64,000 bases of DNA from a virus (Duplodnaviria; Heunggongvirae; Uroviricota; Caudoviricetes). Both the position numbers and the translations under genes were made by a program. Where the stretch lies: positions 54,990 to 118,989 of the IMG/VR virus record IMGVR_UViG_3300033146_003879; one strand, written 5' to 3'. Positions within the stretch are counted from its first letter, which is position 1, and every line of letters begins with the position of its first letter. The notes under the pieces were generated by a model, which was not told the DNA's origin, did no database searches, and saw only the letters and a list, made by a program, of their open reading frames with translations. This document shows, piece after piece, positions 46,309 through 55,202 of the stretch.

Positions 46309-46348
46309 TCATATGATATTATATTACGTTGTTTGTGTCAAGTAGAAA

Positions 46349-46379
46349 CCCCCTGCCTCTTAGAAAAAAGACAGGGGGG
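46349..46379 (-). terminator. Hairpin terminator after the capsid gene
   Basis: CCCCCUGUCU...AGAGGCAGGGGG followed by UUUCU. Confidence 0.65.
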
Positions 46380-46408
46380 AGGAATGATGAGCTATGTGCC
46401 CGGTAAGT

Positions 46409-47590
46409 TTACAGGTACCATACATCCATGGCTGTTACACAATAAACATTGTGTGAGAGGTAGGCGAGGTCTTCGAGTGACTTGATCATAACGAAGCCGT
46501 TCTCATAACGGACGCTTGTTCTCAAGTCGGGATCATCGAGGAACATTTTTCCTGTGTAAGGTTCCGGTGCGTACACGAGGATACGTTTGAACTTACAGTT
46601 GGTCAGTGGTGTGGTTGCTGTTCCGCCACCTGTACCATCCCATGCGGTTCCATATACTGCGGCGTCGAATCCGTAGTCTGCCGGTGGTCTTGTAGTATCG
46701 TAGCCGAAGCGTGCGATATCTGCAGTTGTTCCACCTGGGAAGTGAGAATCGCCACTGTTTGCTCCATCATAAGTCAAGTATCTATCGTCGTCAAAACGAA
46801 GAGTACGAGCCTTAAATACTTCACTTGTAGCTTTGTCGCCAAAGCCGTTGTCCAAACCATCACGAGAGATGCCGTTTACAACATCTTGGTCGATGGTTAG
46901 GATATCCATCCACAAGTAATCCGGGAACACAATAAGAGCACGTGGCTGACGGTTACGTCTTGCTGCTCCGTGCAACTTGAAAAGATTTTTGATGTAGATG
47001 TGAGGCTCTGCTTCGTACAGGTCAGAAGGCACAGCGAGGATGCCTGTTCCTACAGCGAGGTTTTCCTGTGATGCGAGCAAGTAGTAATCCTTGAGGTAGC
47101 CAGCGACGTCTTCTTTGTCGAGAACTTCCTTTACGGAGTTTTCTTGAATAAGGCCGAGCAAATCGTAACCGTAAGTTCCGATCTCTTTTACCTTTTTAAT
47201 AATCTCTTTACTCTCGATGTGAGAGAACGTACCTTCAACAACGCGACCATTTACTCTTTTGAAGTAAGGTGATCCCCATGTCTGCATGATGCCTGCGGGG
47301 TTTGCGTGTTTCAAGAAATCCGGTTGCAAATACATTCTCATGAAAACTTTTTCATTCTCATGGTCGAACATTCTGCGAGGATCATCTGGTTTTACAACTT
47401 CAATGGTCTCTCTTCCGGTAAGTTCTGTATAGATCTGGCGTTGCTGACCGGCTACGTAAGCATAAGTCTTCAGCATCAAATCAGCTTTCTCAGCGATCTT
47501 GTGGAATCGGCTGATATCGTGGTTGCTTAGAGATGTAACGATGTTCTTGTTAATCTCATTGTAAGCAGCGGCATATTTCTTCATATCCAT
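46409..47590 (-). CDS. Putative major capsid protein
   Basis: 393 aa, last gene of the scaffold-decoration-capsid block, followed by a terminator; HK97-like layout inferred, not confirmed. Confidence 0.55.
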   Translation of the reverse strand: MDMKKYAAAYNEINKNIVTSLSNHDISRFHKIAEKADLMLKTYAYVAGQQRQIYTELTGRETIEVVKPDDPRRMFDHENEKVFMRMYLQPDFLKHANPAGIMQTWGSPYFKRVNGRVVEGTFSHIESKEIIKKVKEIGTYGYDLLGLIQENSVKEVLDKEDVAGYLKDYYLLASQENLAVGTGILAVPSDLYEAEPHIYIKNLFKLHGAARRNRQPRALIVFPDYLWMDILTIDQDVVNGISRDGLDNGFGDKATSEVFKARTLRFDDDRYLTYDGANSGDSHFPGGTTADIARFGYDTTRPPADYGFDAAVYGTAWDGTGGGTATTPLTNCKFKRILVYAPEPYTGKMFLDDPDLRTSVRYENGFVMIKSLEDLAYLSHNVYCVTAMDVWYL

Positions 47591-47618
47591 AATGCTTCTC
47601 CTTCGGTTGTTTGTTTAA

Positions 47619-48230
47619 TTAACATACCAATGTAACAAGGGTTGAGCCAGTCACGCTGGTAGTATCTACGCCTGTAATGATTCCCACAATGTGGTCTCCA
47701 GCTGCAGGTGCTGCGCTTGTAGCGACAGTCACTGCAAATGGGGTTGTTGCTGCCTGAATTACGACCAAAGACTTGCCGATATCTGCAGCAGTGATTGCTG
47801 TTCCACCCATCAGGTCTGCGATGAGGCGAGTTGCGTCAAATGTGATGGCTGCATCACGGAGACGCACATAAAGGTTCTCAGGGACCATGAGTCTGTCGAG
47901 TTGTGCCACAGCAACGCCATCGGTAAGATCAGGCTTGTTGTATGGTTCTTCTGCGCCTTGGTAAGTGATGTACAGGTTTCCACTCTCAATTGTTGAGAAG
48001 ATAGCAGGGATATCTGCAGTAGCAACGACGTTGGTGTCGTTGATGAGTTTCAACGGTTCCATAGCGCCTACACTATATTCCGAAGGTGTCCCTGAGCTTT
48101 TTGTGTTAATGAAAGTGAACTCATTTGCATAAGTTGTGTGTCCAGGTTTCCAATTCAAGGAAAGAGCTGAAGCTTCTGGTCTTGGAAAATACACGCCGCG
48201 GTGAATTTCAATCTTATTGTTAATGTTCAT
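47619..48230 (-). CDS. Putative head decoration/cement protein
   Basis: 203 aa, beta/A/T-rich, directly upstream of the capsid gene. Confidence 0.45.
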   Translation of the reverse strand: MNINNKIEIHRGVYFPRPEASALSLNWKPGHTTYANEFTFINTKSSGTPSEYSVGAMEPLKLINDTNVVATADIPAIFSTIESGNLYITYQGAEEPYNKPDLTDGVAVAQLDRLMVPENLYVRLRDAAITFDATRLIADLMGGTAITAADIGKSLVVIQAATTPFAVTVATSAAPAAGDHIVGIITGVDTTSVTGSTLVTLVC

Positions 48231-48249
48231 AACAATCCTCCATTAGTGT

Positions 48250-48774
48250 TTATATTGTCTGCATGGACTCAAGTTGAGCCATCAGCCTGTCTTCGTGGGT
48301 AACTGTTCTGGATGCACTTTTGTTCATGCGACCAGGTGTCAGTGTTCCAAACGTATCGGTCTGGTTAGCGCCGATCGTCTTAAAGACATCGAGCACCATT
48401 CCAGCTAGCTTCTCACCGCTGATAACTTCAGCAGCGTCAACAGCTTCTGCAAGTGTATCACCTGCTTCACTATCGATTCTTGATACAGCATCAACAAGGG
48501 CGTTCTTAGCGGCGTCGGATACAGCATCAGTCTCTGCCGGAGTGACGGCTGCGCTAGCACCTTTTTTAACTGCAGCAACAGCTTTCTGAACTGCTTCTTC
48601 AGATGCTGCTTTTGTTTCTTCTGTTTCTTTCTTTGCTGTTTCTACTTCTTCTTTCATTCCGTCCATTTCTTTTTCAAGCTCTGCGTACTTCTCAAGAAGC
48701 ATCTTGTACTGCTCTGTTCTCACAGCGTACTTCTTAAGCGTTGTATCAGAAGTGTTTGTTTTAGTCTTTGTCAT
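48250..48774 (-). CDS. Putative scaffold-like protein
   Basis: Acidic coiled coil with KKYA, EKYA, EKLA and NKSA; CTATAAT motif upstream. Confidence 0.45.
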   Translation of the reverse strand: MTKTKTNTSDTTLKKYAVRTEQYKMLLEKYAELEKEMDGMKEEVETAKKETEETKAASEEAVQKAVAAVKKGASAAVTPAETDAVSDAAKNALVDAVSRIDSEAGDTLAEAVDAAEVISGEKLAGMVLDVFKTIGANQTDTFGTLTPGRMNKSASRTVTHEDRLMAQLESMQTI

Positions 48775-48834
48775 TGCATCTACCTCTCAATAAGGTCATT
48801 AAAAAAATCCCTACCCCATTATTATAGATAACAC

Positions 48835-49875
48835 TTATGCATCATCTAAAATGGAGCGAACTGTGTCAACCAATGTCATGGATTCCGCTCCACCTGTACT
48901 TGGTTTAACACCCCTTAACTTATAATTTAAATACTGGTTAACTGCATCAGTGGGGTCGTCTTCCTTCTTTGCTGTTTCCCCTTCCTCTTTTCTATAACGC
49001 GCCTCTTTCTTTGTAAGCTTGCCGAGGGTTAGTACATCAATCAAGTCGGCGGCTTTTCGTGACCCGGGCAACATATCCTGAACAAAGGACAAATCAAGCT
49101 GCTTACCACTATCTATGCTTCTCTCATTCCTGTGTTGTATGTTATTTATACGTTGTGCTGCTTGTTGTGCTCTCATGAGTGCTCCTTGTGCTACTTGTGC
49201 CGCTGTTGTTTCTCGGTTGATAACACCACGCATCGATCTAACATCTTTCCTAGCAGGTGTCATACTCCACTTATGGAACATAGACATACTTCTACCTTTG
49301 TCAGCGGCAGCACGCTCTATGTTTGCATTCATTCGCTCTTGCACATCGGTAGGAAGTGAGTGGAAGTCTACGCCACCTCTCTCCATCTCTTTCTTAAAAT
49401 CCTTGCTGTAGGTGTACCTAGGAGCAAGCTTTTTGTAGGTAGCTAGGTTGTTTGACATACGCTGAGCAGCACTACTGTGGGATTGCATGTTTCCTGATAT
49501 CTGGCCAAGGATGTTCTGAGCGCTCCTCAATGTCTGTGCTTTCTGTTGATTAAGTTTGTCAGAGTTAGACATATTACGAACACTGCGCATGACTTCACTT
49601 ATAAATGGGGAGCTTTGAGCAGCAAGTGCCAATGCCTTTGGGTTGTTTGCAGACATCTGCATAGTTTGATTAAACAAAGGCGTGTTCTTCATGTCTTCAT
49701 ATAGAAGTTTATTAAACCCTGTGGTTCCGAGGGTGCGAGCAACAAAACGCTGATCTATCTCACCGTTTTTGTATGCATTTAGTAGCATAGGTGCCTGTGT
49801 CATCAATGATTGCATTGCATCAGGTTTCCCCGGTTCCGGCGACTTCAGTGCTTGTTGTGCATATTTAAGAAACAT
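48835..49875 (-). CDS. Hypothetical head-associated protein (K-x-A motif)
   Basis: Starts MFLKYAQ; CTATAAT motif upstream at 49911-49917. Confidence 0.45.
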   Translation of the reverse strand: MFLKYAQQALKSPEPGKPDAMQSLMTQAPMLLNAYKNGEIDQRFVARTLGTTGFNKLLYEDMKNTPLFNQTMQMSANNPKALALAAQSSPFISEVMRSVRNMSNSDKLNQQKAQTLRSAQNILGQISGNMQSHSSAAQRMSNNLATYKKLAPRYTYSKDFKKEMERGGVDFHSLPTDVQERMNANIERAAADKGRSMSMFHKWSMTPARKDVRSMRGVINRETTAAQVAQGALMRAQQAAQRINNIQHRNERSIDSGKQLDLSFVQDMLPGSRKAADLIDVLTLGKLTKKEARYRKEEGETAKKEDDPTDAVNQYLNYKLRGVKPSTGGAESMTLVDTVRSILDDA

Positions 49876-49926
49876 ACGTCACCCTCAACGAAAAAAATAA
49901 ACTCATAATTATTATAGCGTGTATAA

Positions 49927-49959
49927 ACTGAGGGGGCAGTGGGCTGCCGCCCCCTCAGT
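49927..49959 (-). terminator. Hairpin terminator
   Basis: Inverted repeat ACTGAGGGGGC / GCCCCCTCAGT (11 bp). Confidence 0.65.
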
Positions 49960-49969
49960 GATTTAGGAA

Positions 49970-51007
49970 TTAACCGTTAACCTTTGGAGGTCTTCCGGTT
50001 CTCTTCTTTTTTGGTTTTTCTTTAGTTTCTGCGGCAGGTGACTTGTTGTCATCTACTTTAGTAAGGAGTGCATCCATCGCTTCAGAAAGCTTAACAACAA
50101 CACTGGCAAGTGCGTCTATTCTGGCATCATTAGAAGTAGGTGCAGCAGCAACAGGTGCAGCTTTGTGTTCACGATTGAACATTTTGCCAAACAGTCCGCC
50201 GCCTCCGTTTCCGCCGCGATTTCTCATCATAAGGAAAGGCATCATGCCGCCGTTTCCGCCGCCGTTTCCGCCGCCGAACAGTCCGCCGCCCTCACCCTGA
50301 TTCATCAGCAGCATCATCATCATGGGATCCATATCTGCGTCGCGCATGAGCATGAGAGGCATAAGTTGTTGCATTCCGCCTTCACTATCGTTTCCGTTGA
50401 ATCCACCGCTCATCATGGCAAGCATGAGAGGATCGATTCCGCCAAGGCGGCTTCCTGGGCGTCCAGCGTCACCACTTTGCATTCCACCCATCATCAACAT
50501 GGCCTTGAGACCCTGAAGACTTGGATCAGTGTTCTGCATTGCAGCAAGCAGGAAGATGTCGTCGTTTGCAAAACGCTCTGCCACGCTCACGATGTCAAAC
50601 AGTGAGATCACTGCAGAAACATACATGAAGTCACCGGTAAGTGAACGTTTCGGAAGAACGCTCTGTACCTGACCTTCCGGGGTAACGCCTTGGAACGGAG
50701 AAACACCGTTGACTTTCACAACAGCAGTGTCAGATCCGTAGATAAACAATGGCTTATCGTCATCTGTGAGGATAACATCACCATTGCGCAGGCTTGCAGG
50801 GTTAACAGGAAGAATGAAGGTGTCAATACCATCAAATTTCATTGAGGATACATCTGAAAGACCGTTAGGTCCAAAAGATACAAAGCTACCTCCAGCATTA
50901 AGAACAGCCAGGTTTCCGTCTACATCAACACCATACAAGCCGAGAGACTTGTCTGATTTTCCGAATTCAACATTTCCAAACAATTCTTTAAGTCCAAAAT
51001 TCATCAT
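49970..51007 (-). CDS. Met/Gly-rich hypothetical phage protein
   Basis: ORF from MMNFG; own TGGTATAAG motif (51099-51107) and terminator. Confidence 0.6.
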   Translation of the reverse strand: MMNFGLKELFGNVEFGKSDKSLGLYGVDVDGNLAVLNAGGSFVSFGPNGLSDVSSMKFDGIDTFILPVNPASLRNGDVILTDDDKPLFIYGSDTAVVKVNGVSPFQGVTPEGQVQSVLPKRSLTGDFMYVSAVISLFDIVSVAERFANDDIFLLAAMQNTDPSLQGLKAMLMMGGMQSGDAGRPGSRLGGIDPLMLAMMSGGFNGNDSEGGMQQLMPLMLMRDADMDPMMMMLLMNQGEGGGLFGGGNGGGNGGMMPFLMMRNRGGNGGGGLFGKMFNREHKAAPVAAAPTSNDARIDALASVVVKLSEAMDALLTKVDDNKSPAAETKEKPKKKRTGRPPKVNG

Positions 51008-51123
51008 TTCTTCTTCTCCTTCTTTAGGTTTGTTAATCATTAACATATTTGTATACAAGGAATAAAGACAGTCGCCCTAACAATCTTTGTTCCATAATCT
51101 TATACCAGATTAGATAGTGTGAT

Positions 51124-52188
51124 TTACAGAGGTAGCGCTACGCCGTTAAAAAACCGTATGTTGAGTATAAGCCGGTACTCATAACTGTCAAAGTCTGTTA
51201 CGAAGTTTACGGGAGGCTCTTCTCCTTCAGGTGTGTATTTAAATATAAGCTTCTCGTTTGATGACGATGTTAAGTCGTAGTGAGATAGAACGACTCCATC
51301 GAGCCCATCCTTCTTCCCGAACACAAGCTTAATATGGCCAAATAAAGGAAATACGTTTATTCCTGTTACAATAACCGTATCTTCTGTATAGGTAACTTCT
51401 GTTATTTGTACATCGAAATCACCAATGTCATATCTGTAGAAGGGGTCGTTAAGATCAAGCCTTGAGAACTGTGTCATCTGAGTCGCGGTCTTAACTGCAA
51501 CCATGCTATCAACATTTGAATTCGTGCAGATAAAACGGTAACCAAGATCGGGTATAACGAGGTAATCTTTAGGGAACACTTTTACGATTGTGGGAATAAC
51601 TAAACGTACGTGGTCGTACGATGTCGGTATGGGTGCATTTGCTACAGACTGATCAATCTGCTCGTCGTGGATTTTAACCCGTGTTGGTATGGGAGAGTAG
51701 TACCCTCCTACAAATCCGGTACCGTTACATATTGGGCAATCGGGGTTTGTAGGTGCGCGTAGCTCTCTTTGAAAACACTTACATTCGATACCTGAGTAAC
51801 GGGGCTTAACAATGAACGCGTCGTAAGACCAGCTCTTATTGCGCAACACGATCCGTGCAGCATACAACAAGTGGTTCCTCGTGTGATCGATTATCGGACG
51901 GTCGTTCTTTACGTTGTCCGGTATAATAAGCGTATCGACAATAGTGTCTGCAGCGTCGAGTGCAGTGAGTCGGTAGTACCTCTCCTCAAAGAATCGCTCG
52001 TTCTTCCTGCTCATGTAATCACTCATGAATGTATTGGTGGTTGTGCCTATAAGATTCCACTCAGCATCATCCAAAGGTGTATGGTATGATAACTCCAGCG
52101 TGAAGTGCGTAGACGCTGTTGGGAAACTTGACCAAGACAGAAACATCGATCCTGTGCTAGGGTCTCTATATGCAGTATCTATCTTCAT
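51124..52188 (-). CDS. Putative head closure/neck protein with zinc-binding motif
   Basis: CKC...CPICNGTGFVGGY; head operon context. Confidence 0.5.
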   Translation of the reverse strand: MKIDTAYRDPSTGSMFLSWSSFPTASTHFTLELSYHTPLDDAEWNLIGTTTNTFMSDYMSRKNERFFEERYYRLTALDAADTIVDTLIIPDNVKNDRPIIDHTRNHLLYAARIVLRNKSWSYDAFIVKPRYSGIECKCFQRELRAPTNPDCPICNGTGFVGGYYSPIPTRVKIHDEQIDQSVANAPIPTSYDHVRLVIPTIVKVFPKDYLVIPDLGYRFICTNSNVDSMVAVKTATQMTQFSRLDLNDPFYRYDIGDFDVQITEVTYTEDTVIVTGINVFPLFGHIKLVFGKKDGLDGVVLSHYDLTSSSNEKLIFKYTPEGEEPPVNFVTDFDSYEYRLILNIRFFNGVALPL

Positions 52189-52189
52189 G

Positions 52190-52663
52190 TTACCTCAGAT
52201 TGTATACTCCGGAGCTAGGTCTGTTTGGTCGATTAAGTCCTGTATCGCGAAACCACGAGCTTCCTGCGTTGCGCGTTGTCATAGCCGACAGGGTGTTAGC
52301 TGCAACCTTGTCCGTCTTAACCTCTGCTGCAAATCTCTGAAGGTAGAAGTTCGATAAGTTCTGGTACAGTTGTGCTTCCTCCCCAACGGGTACATGTAAC
52401 CCATTTTCGTAAATTCCCGGATTGTAGTTTATTACCGCATTTATGTACTTTTGCTCGAACAGAATCCCTATTGCTCCGTACCTTATGATATAGTCAGGAG
52501 ATTGGCTTGACGTACCTAGTGGAGGCATTTGATTCGCTCGCTCCCGAGCATCGGTAATAGCAGACGCAATATTTTCGTCAGAAAAGAACTTATCATTGTA
52601 TTTCAAGTTGCTTATAGGGTTGTCGTGCATGTACTTGCGTACATCCTCTACTGTTAGCGTCAT
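52190..52663 (-). CDS. Putative head-tail adaptor
   Basis: 157-aa helical protein (LTVEDVRKYMHD...FSDENIASAI) between portal and neck genes. Confidence 0.5.
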   Translation of the reverse strand: MTLTVEDVRKYMHDNPISNLKYNDKFFSDENIASAITDARERANQMPPLGTSSQSPDYIIRYGAIGILFEQKYINAVINYNPGIYENGLHVPVGEEAQLYQNLSNFYLQRFAAEVKTDKVAANTLSAMTTRNAGSSWFRDTGLNRPNRPSSGVYNLR

Positions 52664-52680
52664 AATACCCTCCTAAGTGC

Positions 52681-53352
52681 TTACTTCTTTTTTGAAGAAG
52701 CTTTAGTCTTTGGCTTCTTTGCTGCTTTCTCTTTAGCTTCCTTATCAGCAGCTTCTTTATCAGCCTTAGCTTTCTTGTCAGCAGCTTCCTTGTCAGCCTT
52801 AGCTTTCTTATCAGCAGCTTCCTTGTCAGCAGCTTCTTTATCGGTCTCAGCTTTCTTATCAGCAGCTTCCTTGTCAGCCTTAGCTTTCTTATCAGCAGCT
52901 TCCTTGTCAGCCTTAGCTTTCTTATCAGCAGCTTCCTTGTCAGCCTTAGCTTTCTTATCAGCAGCTTCTTTATCAGCCTTAGCTTTCTTATCAGCAGCTT
53001 CTTTATCAGCCTTAGCTTTCTTGTCGGCAGCAGTATTATCCTCGTTAGACTCAGGGGCATCCTCAAGATAATCATACCATGCCGTGAGTGTCTTTCTAAT
53101 CTTAATTCCGACACTCTTAAGTACCTTGTGTGCGTCGATTGCTTCTGCTTCTGTCTTGAATAACGCGATGTCGCCTTTGCGTAGATAGCGTCTCAGTAGT
53201 GATGAGTCAGGTAGTCCACGAGCAACGCGCGCTAGACTCTTTGGACGCGCAACGGATCCGCTGAGGCTTAATGTGTGTGATGTGTGATTTAAAAAAAAGG
53301 CTACGTTTCTGAATTTCCCGCCCTGTGATCTGGGTCTTAAACTTAATACCAT
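52681..53352 (-). CDS. Lys/Ala-rich protein with DKEAADKKAKA repeats
   Basis: About 8 copies of a 33-bp unit within 52735-53030. Confidence 0.65.
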   Translation of the reverse strand: MVLSLRPRSQGGKFRNVAFFLNHTSHTLSLSGSVARPKSLARVARGLPDSSLLRRYLRKGDIALFKTEAEAIDAHKVLKSVGIKIRKTLTAWYDYLEDAPESNEDNTAADKKAKADKEAADKKAKADKEAADKKAKADKEAADKKAKADKEAADKKAKADKEAADKKAETDKEAADKEAADKKAKADKEAADKKAKADKEAADKEAKEKAAKKPKTKASSKKK

Positions 53353-53362
53353 TGTACTCTCC

Positions 53363-55198
53363 TTATTGTTGTTGTTCTTGCTCTTTCATGTGTTTCTGAT
53401 ACTGCTCCCACATCTTGGTAACAGTTGCGTATAGTGCGTAATTCTGCTTACTGAGTTGATCAAATAACGACTTACGATCTCCCTCCTGCATCTCAGGTAA
53501 TTGTTGTTCGACTATTCCTTGTGCTTCCTTCTCTATTTCGTTTGATGCTGAAGTGAGATCAATTTGACCGTACTGAGACATAAGGTCTTGCTGCGCTACT
53601 TGGTCTGCCCTATCAGCACGCATCATTGCAGATTGCTCCACTCTATCCTGAGTACGCTTAATAAGATGCTCTTCCGTAATCTGCTTAAGTATTGCTTCAT
53701 AACTTCCCTCAAAACCAGCCTCACGATACATACGTGCTACAGGAGCCGCTCCATTCTGAGCAAGCTGCGCATAGGTTTGTGAGTTGTATGAGCCAGGAAT
53801 CTCGCGTATTGATTCCATAGTAAGGTGTCCTTTTCCTTCTGTTAGGTGCGTCTTTAGCTTCCCGTGCAGTGACTTAGCTACATTCTCCACGAGTGGTAGA
53901 AAGCTATTAGAGAAGTTGTTAAATACTCCAGTAAGGACCTCAAGTGACATTGGATCGGAAGCTACTCCAGCTTGACCTGCAAGTATGTTAGGGTTAATAC
54001 CAAGTCCTCCTAGGGAGTTATTAACAAACGCAGTCACTTCATTCAGCGTGAGAAACCTCCTCCCATCACCATATAGTGAATCTGCGCGGACCGGCATAGG
54101 CGAATACACAACACGGCCTAAGTCACCTTCCGCATGAGCACGCGTTTGCTCTAGTATGAATTCCTTATAAATATTCTCGTTTACCGTATCAAACCTACTC
54201 TGATCATGTCCTGGAGCAGCTTCTATGGGGGATATGATGTACAAAGGGTCTACCTTTGATGACGCCACTGCTTCATTACCTCTCTTGAGAACAGACACGG
54301 TCATAAGGTCATCCATGAGGGATATTATTGGAGGGACATCTACTTTATTTTTTGTGCCTATGATGGATTCGTATCTGAATACTGCAACTTTGTTCCGCTG
54401 TATCGTAGCTGCGATCTTCCCTCTGGTAGCATACGCGGTTACCAGCGCCCAGTGGACGCCTTCAATATCACTTGTTGTCATATCTGTGTCGAGAGCAATC
54501 GCCCCTTCGTAAGAAACAGGCTCAAACCTAACAGTATCAATCCCCGCGTCGTTTGTAGTTATTATGGTATATGCTGGTTCCAGAACCTTTAATATTCCTG
54601 AGGCGTTACTTTTCGTTGCCTTGCGAACAGGAACCACTTCAACTTTTTTCCCGCATGCCCCGCACGTGTACTTAACGCGTAAGTCTGGAACAGGTGAGAC
54701 ATGCGCGGTTCTGACTTTATGTGAACGGGCAAGCTTCTCTTTTTCCGTAGTCTTAAATGTACGTTCATGTTGTGTGAGCTGGAAAGTACCTTGGTACGTA
54801 TCATTAAGCTGTGTTTTTGCTTGACATTTCGGGCAATCGCAAGACACTGTCTCGGCTGGCATGTGAGCACACGCAATGCGTGGATAGATAAACATAGCTA
54901 CAATTATCTGACGAGATATCTCATTTACATGAAGATCGTCAACAAGAGTATTGAGAGCATCAACTACATTCGTATCACTTGTGTCTACCTGTATTGGTCT
55001 TGCGAGCAAGGCTGACAGCCTTGATACTGCTCCTCGTAGAGGACCATTAGACACATAGTTTCTGAGAAGGAAAGCGTAGTACTTCTCCTTATCATGCCAA
55101 GGCACAAGCGATCTGAAGTAGGAATCAAAGAAGTCGACGTAACTCCGCACCTTGTACGACAGGTCTAGTCTTCCTTGTGTTGATATAGTATCACTCAT
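53363..55198 (-). CDS. Putative portal protein with zinc-ribbon insert
   Basis: 611 aa, N-terminal helix YVSNGPLRGAVSRLS, CPKC...CGAC insert, head operon position. Confidence 0.5.
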   Translation of the reverse strand: MSDTISTQGRLDLSYKVRSYVDFFDSYFRSLVPWHDKEKYYAFLLRNYVSNGPLRGAVSRLSALLARPIQVDTSDTNVVDALNTLVDDLHVNEISRQIIVAMFIYPRIACAHMPAETVSCDCPKCQAKTQLNDTYQGTFQLTQHERTFKTTEKEKLARSHKVRTAHVSPVPDLRVKYTCGACGKKVEVVPVRKATKSNASGILKVLEPAYTIITTNDAGIDTVRFEPVSYEGAIALDTDMTTSDIEGVHWALVTAYATRGKIAATIQRNKVAVFRYESIIGTKNKVDVPPIISLMDDLMTVSVLKRGNEAVASSKVDPLYIISPIEAAPGHDQSRFDTVNENIYKEFILEQTRAHAEGDLGRVVYSPMPVRADSLYGDGRRFLTLNEVTAFVNNSLGGLGINPNILAGQAGVASDPMSLEVLTGVFNNFSNSFLPLVENVAKSLHGKLKTHLTEGKGHLTMESIREIPGSYNSQTYAQLAQNGAAPVARMYREAGFEGSYEAILKQITEEHLIKRTQDRVEQSAMMRADRADQVAQQDLMSQYGQIDLTSASNEIEKEAQGIVEQQLPEMQEGDRKSLFDQLSKQNYALYATVTKMWEQYQKHMKEQEQQQ

Positions 55199-55202
55199 TT
55201 AT

